NCBI GenBank assembly: GCA_965178125.1
Contig: OZ237771.1
Location: 186,001-250,000, forward strand
Reading direction: 5' to 3'
DNA from: Bilabrum cf. latius
Taxonomy: Eukaryota
DNA length: 64,000 bases
Shown here: piece by piece, positions 13,942-26,700 of the stretch
How positions within the stretch are numbered: the first letter of the stretch is position 1
How the letters are laid out: each line of letters starts with the position of its first letter
Program-made: the position numbers and the translations under genes
The notes under the pieces: model-generated
What the model saw: only the letters and a program-made list of their open reading frames with translations
What the model was told of the DNA's origin: nothing
The model's database searches: none

Positions 13942-14191
13942 GGTCGGCGACAATGGGTAATGATTGCCTCTGCTGCAGGTAGTTCGTTGCTGCGTGTTTT
14001 CTGAGACCCGTGAAAAGGCGTGTTCTCACAAGCGACCGCCACTGGCTGCAGCCCACCACGCTTCTGTCAGTGAAGGTGGACCCGTGATGTAGAGCATGCA
14101 TGGGCTGCCTTGTAGTGGTCTGAATGTCAGGAACTCATCCAAAGTATGGCCTCGTGGTCGGCAGGAAGGCCCCATCGCCGTGTTCTGGTTC

Positions 14192-14378
14192 CGGTTGCAA
14201 CCTATAGAACCGGTCGCTCGTTCGTCTAGTAGCGATGCTGCTGTGAAAATGATGAAATGGAATTTATCTTCATACAGATCGCGATAATCCGTGATTTTTC
14301 GTGTGTTTGCAGTCCATTTCGGCCGGCTGACATGCAATCCCCAGCTGGTTGCAACCTGGCAGTGAGACTTGCGACCAA
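14192..14378. promoter_or_regulatory. Putative conserved upstream elements of the receptor gene: two GGTTGCAACC palindromes with fixed-distance partner motifs
   Basis: GGTTGCAACC at 14193 and 14347. The same pair with flanking motifs recurs upstream of copy B (49663, 49817) and of the diverged third paralogue (53722, 53887). Confidence 0.45.
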
Positions 14379-14752
14379 GCTGGACCGCGTGAAAGCCATG
14401 GAAACGATCGGCAGCCACACTTGAACACAGGCATTCACCCTTCGTAGGCAAGGCTATCCTCTACATACTTGATTCAATCAACCTAATAATCTCATGAACG
14501 TATGTAAGCTTCGTTATTGAGGGCACATTTGTGAAACTTCGATGACATTCCAATATTCCGATACCACTCTGGTTTCGACCCGTGATCACGTGTTGATGAT
14601 ATTAGATCATTGAAATGATTATAAATATACGTCTTCAGAGATTTGACCAGCGCGATGACCTGATTTGGTATTGAATACCGCGTATATTAGGCCGAGATCG
14701 TAGTTGTTGCTAAAAGTGTCGGCCCAGACTGCTGTAGTTCTACGAATTCTGT

Positions 14753-17700
14753 TTGAACCTCGCAGGCGCTAGATTGTTAGTAGTTGTAGTTGTGCCCAAT
14801 CTGATAGTAGAAGCGGCGGAGTTTGCTGATCAAGCTGATGACCGTAGTGGTGAGGACGTGGATTTGCGAACTCGTGCGGGCATAGCACGATGGGCTACTC
14901 TAGCTTACAACTGCCACCTTGTAGTAATATTGATATGCATTAAGAATAACCAGTACTTCCTAGCGAACCAAAGCCTGCATATCCTAGTCTGTACCAATGA
15001 GGCCGCAGGTTTTTGTTCCACTTGTGTACATCCTGTCGGAACTGCGGGCAACAGCCAGGTCGACGGCACCGATGCTTTTGGACCAAGCAAACTTGCATCA
15101 TCTAGTGAAGATAGGAGCCAAAATATGCCCTCACTGAGATATCCAGTCACGCGAACGCTAAGGAGCGACCGCTCGCTTCAGGCATCCCCGTCTCCGCTGC
15201 CATACGAGGAGCCGCTGGTGGATGGTGTGATAATGGTTGGCAATGGCCAAGGTGGCTTTAACGCAAGCCTGACGGATCCCACGGATAGGTTTGGCTTCGC
15301 TGTGACGAGCATCTACGACATCGACGGGAACGGCGCCCCTGACCTAGCGGTGGGTGCGCCGGATGACGACAGCGCCGCTGGAGAAGGTACGGGGGCCATA
15401 TGGGTAATCCGGATGCAGCAAGGTGGCATGGCTCTGGGCGTAACGAAGCTTTCAAGCTACGAAGATGGGATTCCGACCAACAGGTCTCCGTATGATTTCC
15501 TTGGTACATGGCTCTCCGCTCTGCTGCAGCCAATGGGGGACCAGCCTGAAATGGTGCGTCTGCTGGTGGGCTGTCCGAATTGCGATGGGGTGGCGATTTA
15601 GAACAGAGGTATGGTGATGATACTACGATTGCGTCCAAACGGCACAGTAGCCAACAGCACGGTCATTGGGGACGGTCAAGGCGGCATTCCATCCGGGACA
15701 TTGCCTCCCAAGGCAAACTTCGGGGACCCGATTAGCCCGATCGGCGACTTGGACCTTGATGGATATGTTGACGTTGTGGTCAGAGCCTACAACCTCATGC
15801 ATGGCGGCTCTGGTTATGGTGCTATCTTCATCCTGTTCATGCTTGGCGATGATACCGTCAAGAGCTTCACCCGCCTGAGCCAGGCTGTTGGTGAGGGGTT
15901 CGATTCTGCAACAATTGCCGGGTTACCACTCCATAACTTGTTTGGCGTCGGGATAGCCGCAATACCCCTGCAAGGCTACGATTAGCCCACTGGTCTGTTA
16001 GTTCACTTGCACCTAGATGGTATCAACGGGTTGGCGCTCGTGCAAATAAGCAGTAGTGGTTTAGTACCTGATCCGGATCAAGCAGTCGCCATTCTCGATG
16101 GCTAGGGCGGTATACCAAGCGGTTTGATCGAATCTGATTCATCATTTGGCGAATTTATAGTCTCGCCTGGAGATCTTAATCTTGACGGTGTTGCGGATGC
16201 CATCGTGTCAGCGACGATCGCGGATGCCGGTGGGATAGACTCGGGTGCATTATTCGTGCTGTACATGAACTACGGCTCGAGGACAGAGCCGGTGAAAGAT
16301 GCAGTCAAGCTGACCGTGCTGTCGCCTGGACTCAGTGGAATTGTCCCACCACATTAGTTCATGGTCGCCAAGGATGTCGTGCGAGGGTTGTCCCACCCCA
16401 ATCGTACCAGCATCGTCGTTGCATTTCTTGCAAATCCTAACACAGAGTCGATCGCCTTCCTGCAGCTGATTCCCCCTGAGCCCAAGCTCCCGCCTAGGTC
16501 GAGCATGGGTCTGAACCTCGAAGCGCATAACATTCTTGGGAATGGGTCGACGGCAATGCGGCCTGCTGCCACACAGGAGCAGTTTGGGCAGTCTGTGGCC
16601 GTGATCCGGTACGGTGGCAAGACAGCACTAGTTGCAACCGAGCACTGGGAGGACGACTCTGGACCAGCTGACAACGATTTCTTCCCCGAGCCTATCGGCA
16701 TCCCTGATTTTCTTGAGCGGCCCGGCGGTGTGGTACGCAGGCTTACCGAATATGGCCGTGATCCTATACAGCAGGACCGAGGCCAGCTGAGTTCAGATGA
16801 TGTCTTAAGTGCAGGCCAACAAGGTGCTCGCCGATTAAATGGCCCTCCGATCTCCATCAGGAGCCGCGTGTACATCACCCCAATTGATTCCAACACGAGC
16901 CTGCCTTCAGGACCGACACAGGTCTTCGAACCCGGTGTGACGAGTGGACTTACCAGCCCCGGCCATGTTCCAGAGAACAGCATGTTTGGGCATGTGGTGG
17001 TTGGACTTGGGCCCGGTGTTGAGAGGCCTGGGTTCCCCGGCATGCACATGCACTGCGCCGATCTCGCTCTGGGCACACCGCTGGCAGAGGACTGGTCCTT
17101 TGGGTATTCCAGGGCAGGTGGGTTCACAGTCATGCGGTTGTGTGAGCAAACTGCAGATGGACCACTGTATGTTGAGTCCGCTGAATCATACGATGCGACT
17201 CATGTGCGGAATACTGGCTTGGCCATCGGCAGCGATAACGCGTACATCGGGGTAGCCCTAGCATTTTGGGAGGGATGGGGCACTCTGTACGTGGGTGTCC
17301 CGGGAGCTGACAGCGATGACGGGGCGATTGTGGCCTATGAAGTGAACCCTCTTGCTCCTATCTTAGAGGCTGTTGCTCCTCAAATAGTGCTTCGCGGGCT
17401 TCCAACTGCAGGCATGAGGTACGGATCGCTGATGGCTCCCTCCGTGGGCGAGAGAATCGATCCCGTGCATGGAGACACGCGGGTCCTTCTTGCCTTCACA
17501 GCTATGGACCATTCTTCCAAGATGCAGCCGTTCCTCGCCGAGCTGGGAGGGGCCGCTGGCCTGAGCGTTGACACCCTGCACGAGGCATTGAACGACATAA
17601 TAGGTGAAGAGATCGAGGATAGCTTCAATAGTACTGGACGAGAGTGCTACAGGGGTCTAGAGATGGCAGACCTGACTGGTGATGGGTAGAAGGAGCTGAT

Positions 17701-20700
17701 CATTGGGTGTGAGGGTCATTTCTTTGTTGCTGTGGAGCTCAACCACGACGAGATTGAAATACCTCTCGCTCGGCAAGTGCTCCATCCACCGGTAGATCAG
17801 ACAATTACGACGGGTGACCAAGTGGCAATCAACTACACTGCATCTCATCAGTTCGGGAGGGGACCTGCTGTGTATCACCAGGTCGTAAACCAGCCATTGG
17901 GCATGATCGACACGTTCATTGCGGTGCCGAGGCCTCTGTTCGAAGAAGTAGGCATCCTTCGCATTCGTGGGCCATTGCCGTCGGCTAGCCCCAGCCCCTC
18001 GCCTGCACCAGTCGGCGCTGTAGTTTCCATGGTCAAGATCACCAGCGGGCAGACAGGACTGCCGGTGGGATTTCCGCGGTCAGGCGACAGGTTTGGCCGC
18101 CACGCTGTCTCACTCGGAGACATGAACGGTGACTCCGTCGAAGACATGGGCATATCATTGTTCCAAGCCGGCGGTGGAGGCACCGGCGCGGGCTCGTTTG
18201 CAATCCTTAACATGAACGCCGACAGGACCGTGGACAGCTACACTGAGTACCACCTGGGCTCTGCTGGAAATATATATGCGTCTGGATTCGGGCCAAGGAC
18301 AGGATCACAGTTCGGGTCTGGTCTGTCTCGCTTCGACCAGCCCAACGGATAGGACGGTGCAAACCCGCGGGTGGTCGCGGGCCAGCCATTCCTCGACGTT
18401 GACGGCTAGTGGCTCATTGGGAGGGCATACATCCTCCGCATGGACGCAAGCGGCGCGGTGATCAACACGGTGGTGCTTCAGGACGGGCTCAACGGCATTC
18501 CCACAGGTACACTTCCAGTTGAAGGCAGGTACGGTCAGGCGTCCTGTGACCTCGGTGACTTGGACGGTGATGGTATGACCGATATCGCCATCACCTCGCC
18601 CGCTGTCACTAGTGGGCCCGATGCAGGTGGCGTCATCTTCATCCACTTCATGAACGGAGACGACACCGTTACCTCCACCACCAAGATCTCCCAGTCAACT
18701 GGCCTGAGTTCCATCCAGCCACAAGTGCTGCTCGTTGGGTTTTCAATTGCAACCATACAGCCCCGATCTCCACATCATTCCATTGACCTGGTGGCAGGTG
18801 CAATGGAAAGCGACGCAGTTGTCTACTTCGGCATTCAGTCCAACGGGACTGTCATGCCTGGATCCGTGAGGGTGATCAGGGATGGGCAGGCAGGGGTACC
18901 AGCTGGGAGCATTCAAGCAATGTCTGGCTTTGGGTCTAGGGTAGCCAATGTTGGTGACATGAACGGCGACGGCATCACGGACATTGCTGTGGGAGCGTGG
19001 GAGGATGATACGGGCGGTCACATCACGGGCAAGAGCTTCATTTTTTACCTCAGCTGCACGTCGCCTACCACCGTAAATCTCGTACAAGGCGTCACGGTGC
19101 TGGACATCAACACGCAAGGCATCAGCGGCGTGCTGAGTACAGGTACAAAGTGGGGCGTATCAGGTTCATTCAATGATCTCAATGGTGACGGCCGTGTGGA
19201 ACTCATATTCGGCGCCGATCAAGACCAGACAGGCGGGCATCAGGCAGGAGCAGTCTACATAGCATCCGTTGGTGGTCCACCGGCCGGGCCTATCACATCA
19301 GCATGCCCTTCTGTCTCACCATCGGTTACGCCTACCGTCAGCATCTCGCCAACTACAAGTGTCACCAGCAGCCCCAGCACCTCGCCCACGCCGAGTGTAT
19401 CCAGCAGCCCCAGCACCTCGCCCACGCCGAGTGTATCCAGCAGCCCCAGCACCTCGCCCACGCCGAGTGTATCCAGCAGTCCAAGCACCTCGCCAACGCC
19501 GAGTGTCACCAGCAGCCCCAGCACCTCGCCCACGCCGAGTGTATCCAGCAGCCCCAGCACCTCGCCCACGCCGAGTGTATCCAACAGCCCCAGCAACTCG
19601 CCTGCGTCGAGTGTCACCAGCAGTCCCAGCACCTCGCCCACGCCGAGTGTATCCAGCACTAGCACTCCGACCACGACAAGCACTGCCTCAGCCTCGCCAA
19701 CTCCATCCATGACTTCCCCTCCAACATCAACAGCCACACCAACTACGAGCATTGCGCCTGGCTCCCTTGCCGTTGTGGCTGCGTCCGTGGAGACCGGGAT
19801 CTACCTACTGGACTACTGCGATTCCAGCTTGGATGTGTCTTCGTCTGGGTCGGCAATTGTATCTGGTGGGAGCGGGATGGGGTTGCGGTTTGATTGGAAC
19901 ATCTTAGTGGAAGCGATCGGAGACTTTGATGGCTCGGTGGGCGAGGGTGGGTTTGATGGCTCCGGCTCTGTCGGCGGGCCTGGACAGTCAGCTGAGTTTG
20001 ACGAAGCGATAGCCAGTCTGCGGCTGGCACTGCAAGCGATAGCTGAAGACGCGGCTGGATCTAGGCTAAGAACCGTTCAGTTCCAACTGCAGCACGCCTC
20101 CAAGGCGATTACAAACAATGCACAGGCTAGGACCTCTGCGAGTCCGACTGGCCTGACCGTGCCGCTGCCTGCCATGGGCACTGTGGTTGATGTGACGATT
20201 CGTGTCAGGGCCAGGGACGGGGCGATCGACTTAAATAACTTGCAATAGTCATGGGATGATACAAGCAACCACGTGGCGTCAGTCAAGGTCACCATCGTGG
20301 GGGCACCGAGGCCCGTGCTGACACCGGGGAATCGGACTGCGATCGTCGCATCCAGAACGCAAGCGATTGAGCTCGGGCCCAGAGCCAGGCTGTGCGGTGT
20401 TACATCCGGTGTTCTGCCAAGTGGCGTCCAAGTAGCCATCGGATTCGAGTGGGTGCAGCTCGCTGCAGTGCGAGACCTCCAGCTCAGCTTGAGCCCGGAG
20501 CGCCTGGTGCAGGCAGCCCAAGCCGGTCTGGTATCCCGAGCGGGTATTGTTGCTAGTACAGACGCGCTGGATTTCCTTATGTACAGCCAAGACGTTGGTC
20601 TAGATCGACGGCTCGTCGTTGATTCGGAGTCTACTATGGGGCGTGAAGATCTCCGTCGCAGGCTCACTGGGGCCACCACTGGTCCACCGTACGGGGACTA

Positions 20701-23700
20701 TGACTGGGAGAAAGGTATGCTTGCCATCCGTGATGTGGGTGGTGGGGCAATGCAGCATGACATGTCCGATGCGGGGTGGTTTCGATCGCTGTCGTGGTCC
20801 ATGGCAAGGACAGGCAGAGCCCAGCTGCGAGTCCCAGCCACTGCGCTCAGGGTGGGGCACGCCTATGTGTTCGGAGTCAGGGCGGTGCCCGTGCTGAGGC
20901 AGCTCGATGGGAGCATTGAGCCGATGCTTACGGGCCTAAATACCGTGCTGGCGCAGTCGTTTGGAATCGTCGGGGTGGGAGTCCGGCGATCTCAACTGCG
21001 GCTTGGTGTGACGGGCGGTTCACGCACCGTGTCTGCCGAGCTTGGGTTCAGCATAGGGGCAAGTGCTGGACGAGGTGCCCAAACCGGCATAGATCCTGAC
21101 TTTGACCAGTCCGGGGTGTCAATTGATCCCGGGTATGACGATGGTCAGCATGCTCCCCTGCAGCTGTATCGCTGGTCCTGCACGGCGAGAACTGGCAGCG
21201 GGACGGCGACCACTTCATGCCTTGACATCGTGCCGGGCAGCGGCGAGCTTACGACCATTGCCAACACCAATGTGGGTCCACAACAGACGGCGTCATACGT
21301 TGGGCAAGTGCTAACGGTGTCCGTGAATGTGTCATCCGGAATCACAAGTCTCAACGGCGCGCCACCCGGCGGCAACATGACGGCAGGCAGGAACAGCACA
21401 GCCCAAGCACCGTCCAACAGTACATCCATCTCCAGCCGCTTGCTACAGGCATCACCGCCCACGATGCTGGCAGGCACGGTTGCAACTGGTACCGCATCTG
21501 CACTCGTCACAGTGGCCCTCCCAGGACTCCCTTCGGTCGAGGCAACCGCACTGCGGACCAGGCTGGCTCGGATGGGCGCAGATGGGGGCTCCGTCGTGGT
21601 ATCAGCGTCTATCAAGACTGTCATTGACGCGGTGATTGATGACATTGCCCCGCAGAACGCGCGATCTCGGCTGATTGATGATGGCTTGCGGCTGCAGTGG
21701 ACTCAGGTGTCTGGCCCAGCCGTCGTCGGACTGGACGCCCCTGCCACAGCACCCGGGGTGCAGTCCGCGCTGCTGACTGCTAGGAGCGCAAGGTCGCTGG
21801 TTCTGAGGGAAGGTTCGCTGATACCCGGGGAACAATACGTGTTCCGCGCCTCTGTATCCCTGGCATCGGCAAGTCAAGCAGTGCTGGCCACAGGCCGCGC
21901 CACGGTCAGCGCCGATGTGTCAGTCACCGTCAACGAGCCGCCGAGGCCGGGCGATGTGCTGATGCAGCTGCCAGGTGACTCGAATCGGACGGAGCCTCGC
22001 GCGCTGATTGACACTGTTCGGCTGTCTACCGGCGGATGGCAGGATGACCCGACGGATTTCCCGCTCCGATTCGCCTTTTTCATCGACACCCGCGGGACTG
22101 TGCCTGACACTGGCTCCGGGTCTCCTGCCCCCGACTCACAGGCGATCGCATCCGCACTGGCACAGCAAGGCGTGGTTCCGCTGCGCGGCGCCAGCTTGGA
22201 GCCTGAGCTCAGTACCGTCCTTCCCGCCGGCAGCACTGAAGCAGGCAAGCCCCCTGTGACGATGACCCTGATCGTCACAGCGACAGACCCCGCAGGCGCG
22301 CGAGGCATGGCAGCAACGCGAATTCTGGTGGCACCGGCACTTGATGAATCGGAGCTGCAGGACACCACCATCGTGACGAGTGCTGCCTCCGATCGACTGG
22401 ACGAGGCACTCAGCAGCGCAGTGTCAAGTGATCCAAGCCAGGCCCTCGTACTGGCGGGCGCATCCGCTGGTCTGCTCAACTCCATCAACGACCAAGGGGA
22501 CTCGGCAGCAACGAACCGCACCAACGATCAGGACGAACAAGCGACTCGCATCCGGGAACAGGTTCTGGAGCTGGTTGCAACCGTGGCTGAGACCGTGGAG
22601 GTCACGGGCGAGAACATGCAGCTCGCTGCCGAGACCACCTCGTCTGCTCTCGGCTCTGCCAACTCCACCACGGCAGGGCAGCTGGGGGCAGCGCTGAATG
22701 CCACGGAGCTGATTCTGTCGAGACGATTGCTAGAAGGAGACCCAGGCGAGCCTCTAGAGGACGGTCCGGCCGCGTCACTGCTGCAGACACTGCGGGTGGC
22801 TTCGAACGCCGGGAGTGCATTGAACGGTGGTGCAGGCATTCAGGGGAGCGATCGGGTGTCCAACACATCGGGTCTGCTTGGAAGGGCACTGCTCCGGGGA
22901 TCAATACCCGGTGAAGAGCCGAGGGTGCTTCGGAGCCAGGGCAGCGATGGAGTCGGCCTTGAGATGGTGGCAGGTCGAATGGACGTGCTGGGTGGCGGTG
23001 CAGCTGGGAACGGAACTGCTGGCTCAGCATCTGTGCTCGGGCTCGTGGCGCTTGGGAATGGGTCCAGCTCGTCTGTCCTGTCAATCGCACAGCGGTACTG
23101 CAGCGGTGAGGCGGGTGCGCTGCAAGGCAATGCAGCTAGCGGGGCATCTGCGTCTGGAGCTGCCGCGTCTTTCGGGGTTGCACTGATAGACGCTGGCACT
23201 GGTACGGCGGCAGGGAGTGTGGCAAGGCTTCTGCAGAGCTCGAATGGCGGCGATCTGCTGGGCGGTGTGGACGCCACTGCAATGCAATGGAACACTCGAT
23301 CCACCGGAGTGCTGTCGCCGCATCCTACCGGCGGTGTGGGTCTGTCAGACACGCACGGGATAGGCGGCACAGACTCGAATGACACGGTCGGAGCCGAGGT
23401 AAACCAGACCGGGTCATCGTTCGTCGAGGCCAATCGGACGTCCACTTTGTCCACCCAGTCTGTCGCCGGCAGCATCGGATCTACAGTGTCGGTGAAGCTG
23501 TCGGCCGCTACATCGGGTTCTGCCGTGGAATTCTCCACCGGTGGATTGGAGGTCTGCTTGTTCGTCCCCAAGGCACCAGCCCCTGCCGTGCCTGCAGACC
23601 TATCGAGATCGGACGTAACTGAGACTGTTGTGGCACTATCGGGAGAGATCGGAGCCGAGCCTGCCTTCCCCAACCCACGGGTGGATGAGTCATTGATTGT

Positions 23701-26700
23701 GCTCGACCTCCCCCAGACCTGCGGAGAGACACTAGCATCCAACCAAACCGAGCAGATCTTTGAGACACAGCAAGCACTGACTGCAGCAGCGTGTATCTAC
23801 TGGGACGTCAGAACTGCAACGTGGCGGTCGGACGGGTGTCAGGCAGTGGCTCTGCTGGAGGGAGGCACGGTGTGTCGATGCACTCACCTGACGGACTTTG
23901 CATCCCGTGTGGAGGTGCTGCTGCAGTCCAACCGGGAGGTGTTCAGAGTGGGCTCTCGGCCTATCACGCCGGGGCAGGTGCTGGCGAACCCCGAGACATT
24001 CATTGCGGTCGGCGCCATGACGCTTGGAATCATCCTGGCGGCGGTGGGCACGCTGTGGATCGAGCAGCGCGACCAGCTGAGATTCTCGAGGAGTCTGGTG
24101 CAAGATCCAGAGGTGGCAATAGTGCGCAACATGGCTAGACTGGAGGGTGTTGCCGAGTTGCTCACCACTTCGTCACTGAAGTGGCAGCAGCGCACCAAGG
24201 ACGCAACTGCAACCGATTCGACTGCTTCATCATCCAGTGCCCCTGAGCTCAAGCAAGCGCTGCACATAACTCTTAAGGCTCTATCAACGATGAGCAATGC
24301 AGCCGGCGGCAACTTGCATCGCACTTCAAAGCGCGGCAAAAGGCAAGCATCGTCGCAATCGAAGCTGGCAGTGTTCGAATTCGACCTGCCAGGCACGCGA
24401 GTTTTCGTGGAGCAGGAGCTGATGGCTCGCAGTGCTGACAAAGTGGAGAGGCAGCACCAGGACGGGTGCTGCTACTGCTGCTACAAGTGGTGCTGCAGCG
24501 TGAGAGTTGAACCCGAGTCGGTCGCAGGAGGGCAGCAGAGATCGGTTGCAACCGGTAACCTCGCGGCAGCTGGTCGCAACATCCGGGGCATGTACGCAGG
24601 AGTGGTCAACGAGAAGCCGGAGCAGCAGGTCGGATCCAACCTGGTCAAACACGGATCAGGGATACAACCCCGCGCAACTTCAGATATCCTACAGGCAGGC
24701 ACCGGACACACGGCCTCCCAGCTCGCGGCGATGAGCGCATGCTATCGGGCCTGGGTCCTGCGGTGCGACTTGCTTCGCCTGTGGTGCGCGCGACTGCCGT
24801 TCGAGCACATCTTCCTGGCGGCCTTCTTCCGGTTTAACTACCAGCAGGATCGGATCATGCGGCTGGGCCAGCTGCTGGCTGTGATTTTTGTGGCCATGTT
24901 TGCCACGGCGTTCTTCTACAGCATCACAGGGGCGGACTACTCTGGGATTGATGATGACTGCGATGGCGTTGACGACTTCGTTCCACTGGCGCTATGGGAG
25001 CGGGGGGTCTTTGCTGTGCTTGCTTCCGTGATGCAGTTCCCGGCCGATGCGATCATGACCGCTTTGTTCAGCAAGGCAGGTGACGCGTGCTTCCAGCGGC
25101 GATACTTCCCCATCTGGCGCGAGCTGGAGCTTAGGTCAGTGGCCGAGGTGCACCTGGGCTCCAAGGTGGGTGATTTGAGGAGGAAGTTGCAGGTGCTGCA
25201 GACCGTGCTGACGAACCGGATCGAGTCAGGCCAGGGCACAATCGGGACTAGTGACATTGACCAGCTCCGCATGGTTGGCGAGTTGCTTGGAGACGAGAAC
25301 ACGGAGGCTTTGATAGACAACGCCATCGATGCGCGCAATGCCTCGTGCTATGAAAGGCTGTCTGAGGTAAGCAGCAGCCTAGCAGCGCGATATGACCGGG
25401 GGAGTGTGGTGGCAGCGACACCTGAACAGGGCAGTAGCGAAGCCGCTGCAGCTCAGTTCCGTTCTCCCCCCGAGGCCCAGCACTCATCACGCCATACCCC
25501 TGGTGCCTCTGCTGTAGCCAAACGCCTGCAGCACAATGCAGTGCGCCTGAGTCTGATCCGAGCCCTCCGCGAATACGGCGATTTCCTTGCCACGGGCGCG
25601 CGCTGCAAGTACGCTTGCATGGGTGCCGCGTGCTCCTGTCGTTGGTGCGAGGCTCGTTGCTGCATGACCCGGGGCAGGATCGATGGTGGGGTGCAGCATC
25701 TGAGGAACATCGCCCGTCTATCCGCGCAGCTGGTGCTGTCATCGCCACCTGGAGTCAGTGAAGAGTCCGATGTACCCCGGCGCATCGCAGATCGAGCCCT
25801 GCGTGAAGCTAGCTCTAAAGACTCCGAGTCATCCCCCAATGTGTTTTGGTTCCTGCCTGTGGATGACTTGCCAGACGTGTACAATCCCATATCGCTGGGG
25901 TGGTCAGACCCGCCGACCTGCTGCGTCTGCTGCTGCCCGTGCCTCGTGTGGTGCATGCAGCGCACCCCGTCCCAGAAGCCTTTGTTCCTTGTGCGCGAGA
26001 TGGCAGCGGAGGGCAGGCACTACGGCTGCTGCTACTGCGCGCGGGATATTCGGACGGATCCCACGCGGGAATGGGTGCAGACAGTCCAGTCGCATGAAGA
26101 ATCCACAGGTGAAGGAAAGCAAGCAACTCCAAGGAGCGCAGGCCAGCGTGGAGATCGCATGGAATCCGACCATCGGAGGTACTGCGCGTGCTGTGACTGC
26201 TGCAAGTGGGGTCCTCTTGACGCGCTGAGGTGCGTGTGCTCCGTGGAGCAGTCCCAGCTGCGGGGCATTGCTGACCTGGTGCTTGATTAGGAAGATGGTG
26301 TGATGATGGAACTCATGGAGCAGCTGAAGGGTGCTTTCACTGGGTCAATTGGTCAAGGGGGCAGCGAACCTGTCGACAGCGACTCGGACGACTCGGGCGT
26401 CCACGCGGATCACGTGCTGTATGACGACTGCGATTGGCACACTCCTGATTCTAGCCAAGCCAGGGGACGTGCTCGGCTTGGACTCATGGAAGATACCCAT
26501 GGCACAGGGATTGACACTAGCCCGATCCACGATGATCGTCATGCACACGGCTAGGCCGCATTGCCCGGCTCTGTCAATTCACCTTCCTATGGGGCAGTAT
26601 TGGCGACACCGCGAGTGCCATCAGCACATGCTCCTGCATCGTACACGTAGGGCAGTGGTACGTCTAGCTCAGATGCCCCGTCCACTGTAGACTCACTCGT

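Noticed and set aside
19255-19752. Antisense and alternate-frame repeat ORFs (GVGEVLGLLDTL; HLAHAECIQQPQ), also at 43925-44746
   Set aside because: Shadows of the 36-bp S/T/P coding repeat.
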